Sequence record: SRR20825006_1324
DNA length: 51,896 nt
Reading direction: 5' to 3' (one strand)
The notes under the pieces are model-generated. The model was given only the letters and a program-made list of their open reading frames with translations, was not told the origin of the DNA and made no database searches. Numbering within the stretch: position 1 is the stretch's first letter; each line of letters starts with the position of its first letter. Positions 39,969 through 49,629 of the stretch are shown here, one piece after another. A program made the translations under genes and the position numbers.

Positions 39969-40526
39969 TTACTCCTTCCACTTAATATTACAACCAATAC
40001 TAGGTTTTTGGTCACTCCTTTGCGAGTTATTATTAAGTATATTATCTAATGCTTCACGTAAATCTCTACCATTTACTAAAATCCCATTTCCGGGCCGGCT
40101 ATTGTCTAATTGCCCGCGATAAACTAGTTTTAATTCGCCATCAAAAAGATAGAAATCTGGGGTGCAAGCAGCATCATAATCTTTTGCAACCTCTTGTGTT
40201 TCATCATATAGGTACGGAAATGGATAATTATATTTTCTTGCAGTACGCCACATTTCCGCGGGTGAATCTTGAGGATAATTTATAACGTCATTACTACTTA
40301 TGGCTACAAACCCAAAACCTGTTACTCTGTAATCATTACTTAGTCTTACAATTTCATCATTAACATGCTTTACAAATGGGCAATGGTTACAGATAAACAT
40401 TACCACAGTTCCCTTTTCTCCTTGAATATTTTTTAAGGAAACAGGCTTGTTTGTTACTGCATCAATTAAGGTGAAATCTGGTGCTTTTGTACCCAAAGGA
40501 AGCATTTTAGATTCTGTTCGCGCCAT
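39969..40526 (-). CDS. Thioredoxin-fold AhpC/TSA (PRX-like) protein
   Basis: FICNHCPFV, FPYLYDETQ, ACTPDF and SIGCNIKW motifs. Confidence 0.92.
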   Translation of the reverse strand: MARTESKMLPLGTKAPDFTLIDAVTNKPVSLKNIQGEKGTVVMFICNHCPFVKHVNDEIVRLSNDYRVTGFGFVAISSNDVINYPQDSPAEMWRTARKYNYPFPYLYDETQEVAKDYDAACTPDFYLFDGELKLVYRGQLDNSRPGNGILVNGRDLREALDNILNNNSQRSDQKPSIGCNIKWKE

Positions 40527-40636
40527 TATTTTTTATTTATGAAATTTAATTGTTTTAAAGTTACAACTATTAAAGAATTTATAAAGTTTTGCTACTAAAG
40601 AATATCTACATTAACTTTAAAAATAAATATAAAACT

Positions 40637-40948
40637 ATGAAAAATTCATATACATCGCTTTCCGTGGCGATTGAAGATTTACAAAATCACGGATTTACGG
40701 AAGATTTTAATTTAATTGGCGAAGGAGTAGAGTCAAAGTCACTAAAAAAACAATGGAAAGCAGGTGAATTAGACGTAATAAAATTTTATCGTTTTGAAGG
40801 AATGACTGATCCAGGCGATAATACAATTCTATATTTAATTGAAACCAAAGATGGCACTAAAGGCTTATTAGTTGATGCTTATGGTGCAGATCAAGGTGAA
40901 ATTTCGCCAGAAATGATAAAAAAACTTACAATTCATCATGACGAATAA
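40637..40948 (+). CDS. Conserved Bacteroidota hypothetical protein (family commonly mislabelled PRPP synthetase)
   Basis: GFTEDF, YRFEGMTDPGD and KGLLVDAYG motifs. ATG 40637 preferred. Confidence 0.75.
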   Translation: MKNSYTSLSVAIEDLQNHGFTEDFNLIGEGVESKSLKKQWKAGELDVIKFYRFEGMTDPGDNTILYLIETKDGTKGLLVDAYGADQGEISPEMIKKLTIHHDE

Positions 40949-41276
40949 CCTTTCATGGAGCGATTTCGAGAAAGTAGAAATGCGTGTTGGAACAATTATA
41001 GAAGTCAACGATTTTCCAGAAGCTAGAAACCCATCCTATCAATTGTTAATAGACTTTGGAGGTGAAATTGGGCACAGAAAAGCATCTGCGCAGATTACTT
41101 CATTGTATTCAGAGGAAGAATTAATTGGCAAACAAGTTGTTGCTGTTGTTAATTTTCCGAAGAAACAAATTGCTAATTTCATGAGTGAATGCCTTGTGTT
41201 AGGCGCTGTGGAAGGAAAAGACGTTACTTTGCTGCAACCTGGAAAAGAAGTTCAAAACGGTTTAAGAATATTATAA
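40938..41276 (+). CDS. csaA: CsaA-type tRNA-binding / export chaperone protein
   Basis: DFEKVEMRVG, SAQIT and VVNFPKKQIANFMSECLVLG motifs. Confidence 0.9.
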   Translation: MTNNLSWSDFEKVEMRVGTIIEVNDFPEARNPSYQLLIDFGGEIGHRKASAQITSLYSEEELIGKQVVAVVNFPKKQIANFMSECLVLGAVEGKDVTLLQPGKEVQNGLRIL

Positions 41277-41318
41277 TTAGCTTGAATTTTAATACCTTGG
41301 CTTAATAAAACCCCAACT

Positions 41319-41828
41319 ATGAAAAAGTACTTGTTTCTGTTAGCCATTCCGTTATTGCTGTTTTCTTGTAAAAACACTTCCGAAGAAAAACCTTCTGCAG
41401 AAGTTGTAGCCAATAAAAGTTATGATAAAATTGTTCCACTTCAATGGTTATTAGGAACTTGGATAAACGAAAGTGAAGCTGAATTTTCTCAAGAAACTTG
41501 GTCTAAAGAAAACGATAGCACATATACTGCTTATAGTTTTGTAGAACAAAACGGGGAAGTGGTTTTCGCTGAAACAATGGCATTGGAGCAGAAAGCATCG
41601 CAGTTATTATTGACTGTTGCAACTGCCAATCAGAACGATGAGAAACCAGTTACCTTCAAATTAGTTTCTTCAGAAAATGGACATTTCACTTTTGAAAATA
41701 AAAATCATGACTTTCCACAGCGAATCACATACACAAACCCTGTGTCTGATTCACTTCATGCTTGGATTGAAGGAACAATAAATGAAGAAGCTAAAAAAAT
41801 GGATTTCTACTTTAAAAAGAAAAACTAA
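41319..41828 (+). CDS. DUF6265-like lipoprotein
   Basis: Lipobox LFSC; WLLGTW, ETW and FENKNHDFPQRITY motifs. Confidence 0.78.
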   Translation: MKKYLFLLAIPLLLFSCKNTSEEKPSAEVVANKSYDKIVPLQWLLGTWINESEAEFSQETWSKENDSTYTAYSFVEQNGEVVFAETMALEQKASQLLLTVATANQNDEKPVTFKLVSSENGHFTFENKNHDFPQRITYTNPVSDSLHAWIEGTINEEAKKMDFYFKKKN

Positions 41829-41835
41829 AAGTGAG

Positions 41836-43452
41836 TTAAACTTCAGAGTCCAAAGTATTTGTAACCACGTAATAGCGAGGGTCTTCAACAGAATCTTCAA
41901 TGATAGTTTCAAACTCTGGGTTCCACTTTAATAGAAGCGCTTTACAGTCTGGGCTGAGGTGAGTAAGTTTTACTTTTTTCCCAGAATCTATATATTTATT
42001 TGCAATGTTTCGTACTGCTTCCACTCCTGAATGATCGGAAATTTTGGATTCGATGAAATCAATTTCAATTGAGTCAGGATCGTTAGAAACTTCAAATTTA
42101 CTATTGAAGGCTGTTGTAGATCCAAAAAATAATGGACCCCATATTTCATAAATTTTAGTCCCGTCTTCTTTTACTCTTTTTCTCGCGCGTATTCTGGTAG
42201 CGCTTTTCCACGCAAAAACCAAGGCACTCATTATTACACCAACTAGTACAGCTATTGCCAAATCTTGCCAAACGGTTACTGCTGAAACCGTAATTAATAC
42301 GATAGCATCTGCTACTGGAATTTTATTTAGAATTCTAAAACTGCTCCATGCAAAGGTGCCAATAACCACCATAAACATTACGCCAACCAATGCTGCAATC
42401 GGAATTTGCTCAATTAAAGGTGCTCCAAAAAGTACAAAACACAATAATGCAATGGCTGCTGTAGCACCAGAAAGTCTACCGCGTCCACCAGAACTAACAT
42501 TAATAATAGATTGCCCAATCATTGCGCAGCCACCCATTCCACCAAATAAACCATTAAGTATATTTGCGCCACCTTGAGCAACACATTCACGGTTTCCGCT
42601 TCCACGGGTTTCAGTCATTTCATCAATTAAATTTAACGTCATTAATGATTCAATCAAACCAACTGCCGCCAATAAAAATGCGGTTGAAATTATTAAATCC
42701 CAATGTCCGTTTAATGTTTCAAAGAAGCTAAATATCTGCGTTTGGAATACAGGAAGCGACCCTTTTAATCCACTACCGCCACCATCACGAATAAACGAAC
42801 CAACGGTACTAACATCTAGATGCCCAAAAATAGTGATACAAGCTACAACGATGATTGCGATTAATGCCGCAGGAAGTTTTTTAGTAAGTTTTGGTAAACC
42901 AAACATGATACCCATTGTTAATGCAACCAAAGCAAGCATAATCCACAGGTCCATTCCAGAAAGCCATTGTGGAACCGTACCTTGACTTTCTTTGAAGAGC
43001 CCTAATTGTGAAAGAAATATAACTATTGCCAAACCATTAACAAACCCCATCATTACTGGGTGTGGTATAAGTCGGACAAATTTTCCTAGTTTGAAGACAC
43101 CAGCCATAATTTGAAAAGCACCAACAAATAATAGCGTTATAAAAAGCCATTGAAGCCCTAGGTATTCAACTGGTTCAGCTAAGGTTAGGCCAACTTCATT
43201 TCCTTTTTGAATTAAGTGAACCATTACTATGGCCATTGCGCCAGTAGCTCCAGAAATCATTCCCGGGCGGCCGCCAAAGAGTGCCGTAATAATCCCCATT
43301 ATAAACGCCCCATACAGTCCTACTAATGGATCAATTCCTGCAACGAAAGCGAAAGCTACAGCCTCAGGAATTAAGGCTAATGCTACTGTAAGCCCTGATA
43401 AAATATCATTTTTTGGGTTTTGGGTGAAGTTTTTAATGGTTTTCGCTAACAT
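41836..43452 (-). CDS. SulP family anion transporter with STAS domain
   Basis: GLTVALALIPEAVAF, GRPGMISGATGA, GGCAMIGQS and GPLFFGS motifs. ATG 43452 lies downstream of a -7 box TATATTTG (43481-43474). Confidence 0.93.
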   Translation of the reverse strand: MLAKTIKNFTQNPKNDILSGLTVALALIPEAVAFAFVAGIDPLVGLYGAFIMGIITALFGGRPGMISGATGAMAIVMVHLIQKGNEVGLTLAEPVEYLGLQWLFITLLFVGAFQIMAGVFKLGKFVRLIPHPVMMGFVNGLAIVIFLSQLGLFKESQGTVPQWLSGMDLWIMLALVALTMGIMFGLPKLTKKLPAALIAIIVVACITIFGHLDVSTVGSFIRDGGGSGLKGSLPVFQTQIFSFFETLNGHWDLIISTAFLLAAVGLIESLMTLNLIDEMTETRGSGNRECVAQGGANILNGLFGGMGGCAMIGQSIINVSSGGRGRLSGATAAIALLCFVLFGAPLIEQIPIAALVGVMFMVVIGTFAWSSFRILNKIPVADAIVLITVSAVTVWQDLAIAVLVGVIMSALVFAWKSATRIRARKRVKEDGTKIYEIWGPLFFGSTTAFNSKFEVSNDPDSIEIDFIESKISDHSGVEAVRNIANKYIDSGKKVKLTHLSPDCKALLLKWNPEFETIIEDSVEDPRYYVVTNTLDSEV

Positions 43453-43507
43453 TTTTATGATTTTAAAAGGCGGCAAATATAAGGTTTTTTAAAGAATATA
43501 ATTTTAG

Positions 43508-44737
43508 TTACTTTTTACGAATCATATTAATAGTAACCCATCCCAAAAGTGTGATTATTACAAGCATAATCACCCAAAGCCAAAGCTTGTTTTCAAAAAG
43601 TGGCGAAGGTTTTTCAACTTCTTTTTTGCTAATTATTTTTTCTTCTGAAAGATTGACAGTAGAAATATTCAAAGGGATGTTCTCAGGAAACTTTGAAATA
43701 TCATAGTTTGGTTTTTTGGCTTTTGGGTTTCCATAAGCTAAAAAATATCTTGCGGGTTCAACAAAACGTGCCACCAGCTTATGTGCATATCCTTTAGCAA
43801 TTACCCCTTCAATTTTTAATGGACGATTGTCATGATTTTCAATTTCTATTCTAAGTTTTTTAGTTATAGTGCTATAAAAATGAAGGTCGTTATTTTCAAA
43901 AGAACTTAAGGTGCTTTTTGTTAAAGCGTTAAAGTTATAATTCCATCCTTTTTCGGTTTTAATGCTATCTGCCAAATACTTTATAATTACGGGACGATAG
44001 TAATCTATAGAATCTTTAATTTTTAATGAAACCAAACTTATGGGTAGCGACTCTGAAAAATTGATGTCAACAATAGTTTTCTTTAATTCTTTATCTTCTG
44101 TTATTAAAAAGTTTTCAGCTGGATAATTTTTGTAAACAGGTTTTTCAAAACTACTTAATTGTGTTGCTGCAGTAATTAACTCAGGTTTTTTATCGGCTTT
44201 AACTTGAAGGCGTAGGTAACGATATTTTACTGGTGGGAATTTTAAATTCGTAAACTGATAATCAGTTTGGTTATTTTTTATGGAAAGGATTCTATAATTT
44301 TCAACTGTTGAAAACCATTCATTATTATCTTGACTTCCTTCTAAATTTACCAACCAATTAAAGTTTTGTTGTTTAAAATTCAAATGAATTTCATTGATTG
44401 TTTTTTCAGATGGGATTTCAAAAGTGAAAAAATACGTATTTCCTTTCATTGAAGTATTAATCAAATTGAAAGCTATGTTTTTTTCAGTTTGTTTTTCAGA
44501 AGCAATTTTTAATAAATAAGGCGCCTCAATAGTGTCGGTTTCGGTTATGCCATAAATTCTGAAATCATTCAAATTATTAGAAACTTTTTCAAAAACACCA
44601 TTAGGCAAATCAATAGAATGCCAGGTTTCTGAAATATTATTTATTTCTCGCGAATAGTTATAGGTGTCCAACTGAGCGAATGCTATTTCCGCTACAAAAA
44701 ACGCAATAAAAAGCACTAATTTATTCTTCCAAATCAT
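43508..44737 (-). CDS. DUF3999-like exported protein with C-terminal TM anchor
   Basis: Signal peptide; DFRIYG, IENHDNRPL, YFLAYGN...PNYDI; terminal WLWVIM TM helix. Confidence 0.72.
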   Translation of the reverse strand: MIWKNKLVLFIAFFVAEIAFAQLDTYNYSREINNISETWHSIDLPNGVFEKVSNNLNDFRIYGITETDTIEAPYLLKIASEKQTEKNIAFNLINTSMKGNTYFFTFEIPSEKTINEIHLNFKQQNFNWLVNLEGSQDNNEWFSTVENYRILSIKNNQTDYQFTNLKFPPVKYRYLRLQVKADKKPELITAATQLSSFEKPVYKNYPAENFLITEDKELKKTIVDINFSESLPISLVSLKIKDSIDYYRPVIIKYLADSIKTEKGWNYNFNALTKSTLSSFENNDLHFYSTITKKLRIEIENHDNRPLKIEGVIAKGYAHKLVARFVEPARYFLAYGNPKAKKPNYDISKFPENIPLNISTVNLSEEKIISKKEVEKPSPLFENKLWLWVIMLVIITLLGWVTINMIRKK

Positions 44738-47075
44738 TGGTTATTTTTGATTTAAACTTGTTGTATAAAAATGAAATTATTAAAAGAAGCACACCTAAGC
44801 TAACAAAAACAATGGTTTTTGAAATAGTATTTAAATGTGAAATATCATAAAGAAAAAGTTTTAAAAGTGTAAACCCGAAAAGAACAATCGCCATAATTCG
44901 TAGGAAAGCTATGCGTTTCCATATTCCTATAACAATTAATAAGAGCGCATAAAGTCCCCAAAGTATACTTAAACCTAATTTATAAGATTGGGTTGATCCA
45001 GCCAAATCCATCCACGATATGAGTTCAGTGCTTAAAATTGCAAGTATAATAAGGTGTAGTAAAACCGTAAAAGGTGTATTGAGTTTGTTTTTCATAACCC
45101 CAGATTTCACAGAAAGTAAACCAGCAAAAACTAGGGCTAACACACTGATAATAGCAATATAACGTATTAATATATTGAATACGCTTCGGTTGTAATATTC
45201 AGACAATGTATTGTCTATATATGTTTGTCTTAAATTAGTTAAGGTAACAATTCCTTCAGTGAAAAAAAGTAGGAAAGCAAATGCGCTTACTACAATTAAA
45301 ACATAGCCTAAAATTTCGTTTTTAAGTTTTTTAATGTTTAAAAATGAAAGAATTGCAAGGAACATAAGGCTGTAAACATATATCCAAATGATTCGGAAAT
45401 AACGATAATCTTCATTTGTATAATAATTGGTGTAGGAATTATTTAATTCGTTTATTTCAATTGTGGACGCATTGTATTTTAAATTCCAATATTCAGTAAT
45501 TTCAATTCTAAAGCAATTATATAGTACAAATAGAAATATTGCAGGAATACCAATTGAAATGAGTTTGTAAATCAAACTACCTTTTGTGAACGGAGAAACA
45601 TACTTTTCATTTCTAAAAAAATGAATAATAAATCCAAACGCACTAAGGAATAAAATACTTGTTAAAAAGCGAAGATTAAAAATAGGAGTGAACGTAATTT
45701 CTTCACCCAAATAATTAAAATGTAAATAAAACATCCAATCTTGTACAAGGCTAATAAATGCAAACCCCATTAAAATATAGGATAGCTTTTCATAAACTGA
45801 AACCATTTTTGTTCTTCCAATCCAGAAAAGCACTGCTGCTTCACCAGCCCAAATAATAGTCACCCAATTGCCATCCAACTGAACAGGAACAGCCAGTGTA
45901 AGAAATACTAAAACCATTCCTGCAATTAGGTAAAAGAGGTTTTTGTCTGCAAGTTTCTGTTTGTAGATTAAAAAAGTAACTCCAAAATGAACTAATGCAT
46001 TTAGTAATGTGAAAATACCTAATAATTCTTCGCCCGAATTATAATTTGAAAGCAGGGCGTAACCGATGCCATAAAAAACAAAAGAATTTGCTAGGAGAAG
46101 TATAATATCACCGATATTAAATATTTCTTTTTTGATTAATTTATACGCTAGAAATGTGCAATAAAAAACAATAAAAAAGACTGTTAAGAAAAGAAATGCG
46201 AGTGAAAAATTTTCTGGAACGTAAGAGAAAAAATACCACGATAAATAGATTATCCATGTTAAAAGAAACGAAGAATAATAGATAGATTTCCAGTATTTTT
46301 TAATAGAAATAAAAAGGATTCCAATATTAATAATGGTGACGTATGTAAATAGTATTTCTATCCTTCCAGAATTGTTACTTAGTAAAAAAGGAACGGCGTA
46401 CGCTCCAACCAGACCAAGATGTGCAATAATGGCAAGATTGTAATTTAAGGCAGCCACAACTGTAAAAACAGTGAAAACTACCATTAATAAAAAAGCAAAA
46501 GTTTGGGGTATTAAATCATAAAAAGAATAGGCGGCAAAAGTAATAAAATACATAACTACCATTGCTCCACTGATTAAAACAGCGCTAAAACTTTTGTACT
46601 TCTCTTTAAGTTTTAGACCAAAACCAAGCAAGCCTAAGCCCATAACATACCCTAATATTATTCGGGTTAATGGACTTATAAGTTCATTTTCTATAGAATA
46701 TTTTGCGCCAATAGCAACACCAATTATAGTAATGAGAATTCCAATTTTATTAATAAGGTTTTCCCCAATAAACTTTTCGAGATCTGTTTTTTGTTTAGCG
46801 GTATATTTTGGTGTAGAAGTAGTAGGTTGTGGTTTTTTTCTTATTGTTGTTATAGGTGTAATCTCTAGTTTGGTTGTATCTTCTTGTTTTGGTAAAACCG
46901 GTTGGCTCTCGATTTTATGTTCGGGTTTATTTGAAATTAATTTATTGGCTTCACTATTTAATGTCTGTATTTGATCTTTTATTTCCCATATTTCTCTCGA
47001 AAACAGCTCTTGTTTTTTAAGTAAAAGCTCCAATTTTTCATTAAGAAATTTTAAATTTTCCGAGTTGTATTGCAT
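44721..47075 (-). CDS. DUF2339 polytopic membrane protein
   Basis: LEKFIGENLINKIG, about 20 TM segments, SILWG.YA, KLFLYD and LGVLLLIISFLY motifs. Confidence 0.88.
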   Translation of the reverse strand: MQYNSENLKFLNEKLELLLKKQELFSREIWEIKDQIQTLNSEANKLISNKPEHKIESQPVLPKQEDTTKLEITPITTIRKKPQPTTSTPKYTAKQKTDLEKFIGENLINKIGILITIIGVAIGAKYSIENELISPLTRIILGYVMGLGLLGFGLKLKEKYKSFSAVLISGAMVVMYFITFAAYSFYDLIPQTFAFLLMVVFTVFTVVAALNYNLAIIAHLGLVGAYAVPFLLSNNSGRIEILFTYVTIINIGILFISIKKYWKSIYYSSFLLTWIIYLSWYFFSYVPENFSLAFLFLTVFFIVFYCTFLAYKLIKKEIFNIGDIILLLANSFVFYGIGYALLSNYNSGEELLGIFTLLNALVHFGVTFLIYKQKLADKNLFYLIAGMVLVFLTLAVPVQLDGNWVTIIWAGEAAVLFWIGRTKMVSVYEKLSYILMGFAFISLVQDWMFYLHFNYLGEEITFTPIFNLRFLTSILFLSAFGFIIHFFRNEKYVSPFTKGSLIYKLISIGIPAIFLFVLYNCFRIEITEYWNLKYNASTIEINELNNSYTNYYTNEDYRYFRIIWIYVYSLMFLAILSFLNIKKLKNEILGYVLIVVSAFAFLLFFTEGIVTLTNLRQTYIDNTLSEYYNRSVFNILIRYIAIISVLALVFAGLLSVKSGVMKNKLNTPFTVLLHLIILAILSTELISWMDLAGSTQSYKLGLSILWGLYALLLIVIGIWKRIAFLRIMAIVLFGFTLLKLFLYDISHLNTISKTIVFVSLGVLLLIISFLYNKFKSKITNDLEE

Positions 47076-47230
47076 ACATATAAGTTAAAATAAGTAAAAC
47101 TTTTAGCAATTAAAGATATGGAATTTAATTTCGTATTTAATACATATAGCTTAGTGAACTATTCAACCTACTTGCGTTTTTATAGAAGGAATAATAGAAA
47201 GGATTTTGGGTTTCATTTAGCTTATAAAAT

Positions 47231-47266
47231 AAAAAAACCGGCAGCGGTTTGTACCGTGCCGGTTTT
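47231..47266 (-). terminator. Intrinsic terminator after the PUR-family gene
   Basis: Minus strand reads AAAACCGGCACGGT-ACAA-ACCG(C)TGCCGGTTTTTTT. Confidence 0.88.
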
Positions 47267-47288
47267 AGAAAATTTTAAAGACGAATCT

Positions 47289-47684
47289 TTATATATCGTC
47301 AAATTCTATATCTGTAAAGTTACTTGTATCCGTATCTATTTTTTCGGAAGCAACTTGAGCTGCAACTGGTGCTTCATCTGTTTCTTTTTTGTAATCTTTT
47401 TGGTGGCGTTCGCTTATTACTTCTTCGCCTTTTTCATCGATTACGTAATTTATCATTTCTTCTAAGGTATCCTTAAACTCGTTGAAGTCTTCCTTATAAA
47501 GATAAATTTTGTGTTTTTTGTAATGGTATGAACCATCATCGTTTGTAAACTTTTTACTTTCAGTAATTGTTAGGTAAAAATCTCCTGCTTTTGTGGACCT
47601 TACATCAAAAAAATACGTACGTCTTCCTGCGCGCATTACTTTTGAAAATATTTCCTCTTGCTCCATCGTATATTGGTCGCTCAT
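47289..47684 (-). CDS. DUF3276 / PUR-family DNA/RNA-binding protein
   Basis: FSKVMRAGRRTYFFDV, YLTITESKK and KHKIYLYKEDF motifs. Confidence 0.92.
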   Translation of the reverse strand: MSDQYTMEQEEIFSKVMRAGRRTYFFDVRSTKAGDFYLTITESKKFTNDDGSYHYKKHKIYLYKEDFNEFKDTLEEMINYVIDEKGEEVISERHQKDYKKETDEAPVAAQVASEKIDTDTSNFTDIEFDDI

Positions 47685-47752
47685 AATTTTTTGTTTGTTT
47701 GCTTACGTTTTGCCAAAAATCTAAAAAAAAACCAAACCAGCCAAAGTAAAAT

Positions 47753-49510
47753 TTACATTTCTTTTTCCAAAAGCTGTTTTGCGTACAATTCCTTATAATA
47801 TCCGTCTGAACTTACTAATTCGTTATGTGTTCCTTGTTGAATTATTTTTCCTTCGTCTAAAACGATGATTTTAGTTGCGTTTTTTGCTGAAGAAATGCGA
47901 TGACTCACAATAATTGTGGTTTTTTCTTTCGAAATTTCATTGAGGTTTTGAAGTATTTCTTCTTCAGTTTCAGTATCAACAGCCGAAAGACAATCGTCAA
48001 ATAATAAAATTTGTGGATCTTTAATAATAGCGCGTGCAATAGAAACACGCTGTTTTTGTCCGCCACTTAAAGTAATGCCTCGTTCTCCTAAAACAGTGTC
48101 GTAGCCTTTATTAAAACCTATAATATTTTGATGTACTGCAGCTTTTTTAGCTGCTTCAATAACTTCTTCTTCAGTAGCATTTTCTTTTCCAAAACGAATG
48201 TTATTACTAAGGGAATCACTAAATAGAAATGCGTCTTGAGGAACATACCCGATACTATCGCGTAGGTTGTTAAGATTTACACTTCTGATTGGAGCATTAT
48301 CAATTTTCAGCATTCCTTCTTCCACATCGTAAAGTCTTCCTATCAATTCAAGAATGGTCGATTTTCCGGAACCTGTATTACCAATTATAGCGAGTGTTTC
48401 TCCAGGTTTAACTGTAAAAGAAACATCATTAAGCGCTGTAATTCCTGTGTCTGGATAGGTGAATGTAAGCTTGTTAAATTCAATATTTCCAGAAATTGGA
48501 GTTTTTTCTTCCACTAAATTTTGAATAGAAGGCTCTGTTTTTAAAAACTCATTGATTCTTTTCTGTGAAGCTTCGGCTTGTTGTACCATTGAAGTTACCC
48601 AACCCACTACGGCGACGGGCCACGTAAGCATGTTTACATATATTAGAAATTCAACAATAGTTCCAAATTCTTCAATTTGACCATTTATGTATCTGGTTCC
48701 GCCAATATAAATTACTAAAATGTTACTAACTCCAATTAAAAGCATCATTAATGGAAAAAATAATGCCTGTATTTTTGCAAGATCAATGTTTTTGTTTTTG
48801 CTTCCTTCAGCAAGTTCTTCAAAATTTGAATTGGTTCGCGCTTCAATTCCATAGGCTTTAATTACTGCTATACCGCTAAAACTTTCCTGTGTAAACGTGG
48901 TTAGTTTTGAAAGGTATTGTTGCACAATGGTTGTTTTCTGATTAATAAGTACACTCAATTTATAAATTGCCACAGATAGAATAGGTAAGGGTGCAATTGC
49001 ATAGAGCGTCAATATAGGTGCTTTGTAAAACATATAACTTACCACCACCACAAAAAGGGTGATGGTTGTAATACTATACATTAACGCTGGCCCCACGTAC
49101 ATTCGCACTTTTGAAACGTCTTCACTAATGCGGTTCATTAAATCTCCGGTTCGATTTTGCTTATAAAAACCTAATGAAAGCTTTTGGTAATGCTCAAAGA
49201 TTTCGTTTTTAAGGTCGTATTCTACATAACGAGAAACTACAATAAATGTTTGTCGCATCATAAAAGTAAAAAGAGCAGATAGTAAAGCGGCACCTAAAAG
49301 AAGTAGTATATTAATGAGTAATTCGTGTTTTACAAATCCAATATCGGTAATCGTGCCGTTTAAATATTCTTTCACAACAGTTACGGAGGCACCTACTTTC
49401 ATTGGGACTACCAGTTTGAAAGCTGTAGCAATGATGGTTATAAAAACGCCTAGAAGCAAACGCCCTCTATATTTTATAAAATATTTGTTTAGAAACCTTA
49501 ATTCTTTCAT
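47753..49510 (-). CDS. ABC transporter, fused permease/ATPase (MdlA/MsbA-like)
   Basis: N-terminal TMD; GNTGSGKST, LSGGQKQR and DDCLSAVD motifs. Confidence 0.93.
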   Translation of the reverse strand: MKELRFLNKYFIKYRGRLLLGVFITIIATAFKLVVPMKVGASVTVVKEYLNGTITDIGFVKHELLINILLLLGAALLSALFTFMMRQTFIVVSRYVEYDLKNEIFEHYQKLSLGFYKQNRTGDLMNRISEDVSKVRMYVGPALMYSITTITLFVVVVSYMFYKAPILTLYAIAPLPILSVAIYKLSVLINQKTTIVQQYLSKLTTFTQESFSGIAVIKAYGIEARTNSNFEELAEGSKNKNIDLAKIQALFFPLMMLLIGVSNILVIYIGGTRYINGQIEEFGTIVEFLIYVNMLTWPVAVVGWVTSMVQQAEASQKRINEFLKTEPSIQNLVEEKTPISGNIEFNKLTFTYPDTGITALNDVSFTVKPGETLAIIGNTGSGKSTILELIGRLYDVEEGMLKIDNAPIRSVNLNNLRDSIGYVPQDAFLFSDSLSNNIRFGKENATEEEVIEAAKKAAVHQNIIGFNKGYDTVLGERGITLSGGQKQRVSIARAIIKDPQILLFDDCLSAVDTETEEEILQNLNEISKEKTTIIVSHRISSAKNATKIIVLDEGKIIQQGTHNELVSSDGYYKELYAKQLLEKEM

Positions 49511-49581
49511 TATGAAGAAAACAATAATTTAAAAATTCTTAATTTAACAAACGATATTTTGTGATATTGACAACAAAAAGT

Positions 49582-49589
49582 TACTTTTG
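49582..49589 (+). promoter_or_regulatory. -7 element (TACTTTTG) for the amino-acid dehydrogenase
   Basis: Exact TAnnTTTG 40 nt upstream of the ATG. Confidence 0.7.
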
Positions 49590-49629
49590 CACCGCCTTTT
49601 TAGGGGGTCAATAAAATAATTAAAAAGCT

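Noticed and set aside
40637-40948. Phosphoribosylpyrophosphate synthetase
   Set aside because: 103 aa with no PRPP-synthetase motifs; the label is a propagated misannotation.
47118-47465. 115-aa plus-strand ORF
   Set aside because: It runs through a terminator and antisense to the PUR-family gene, with no recognisable motif.
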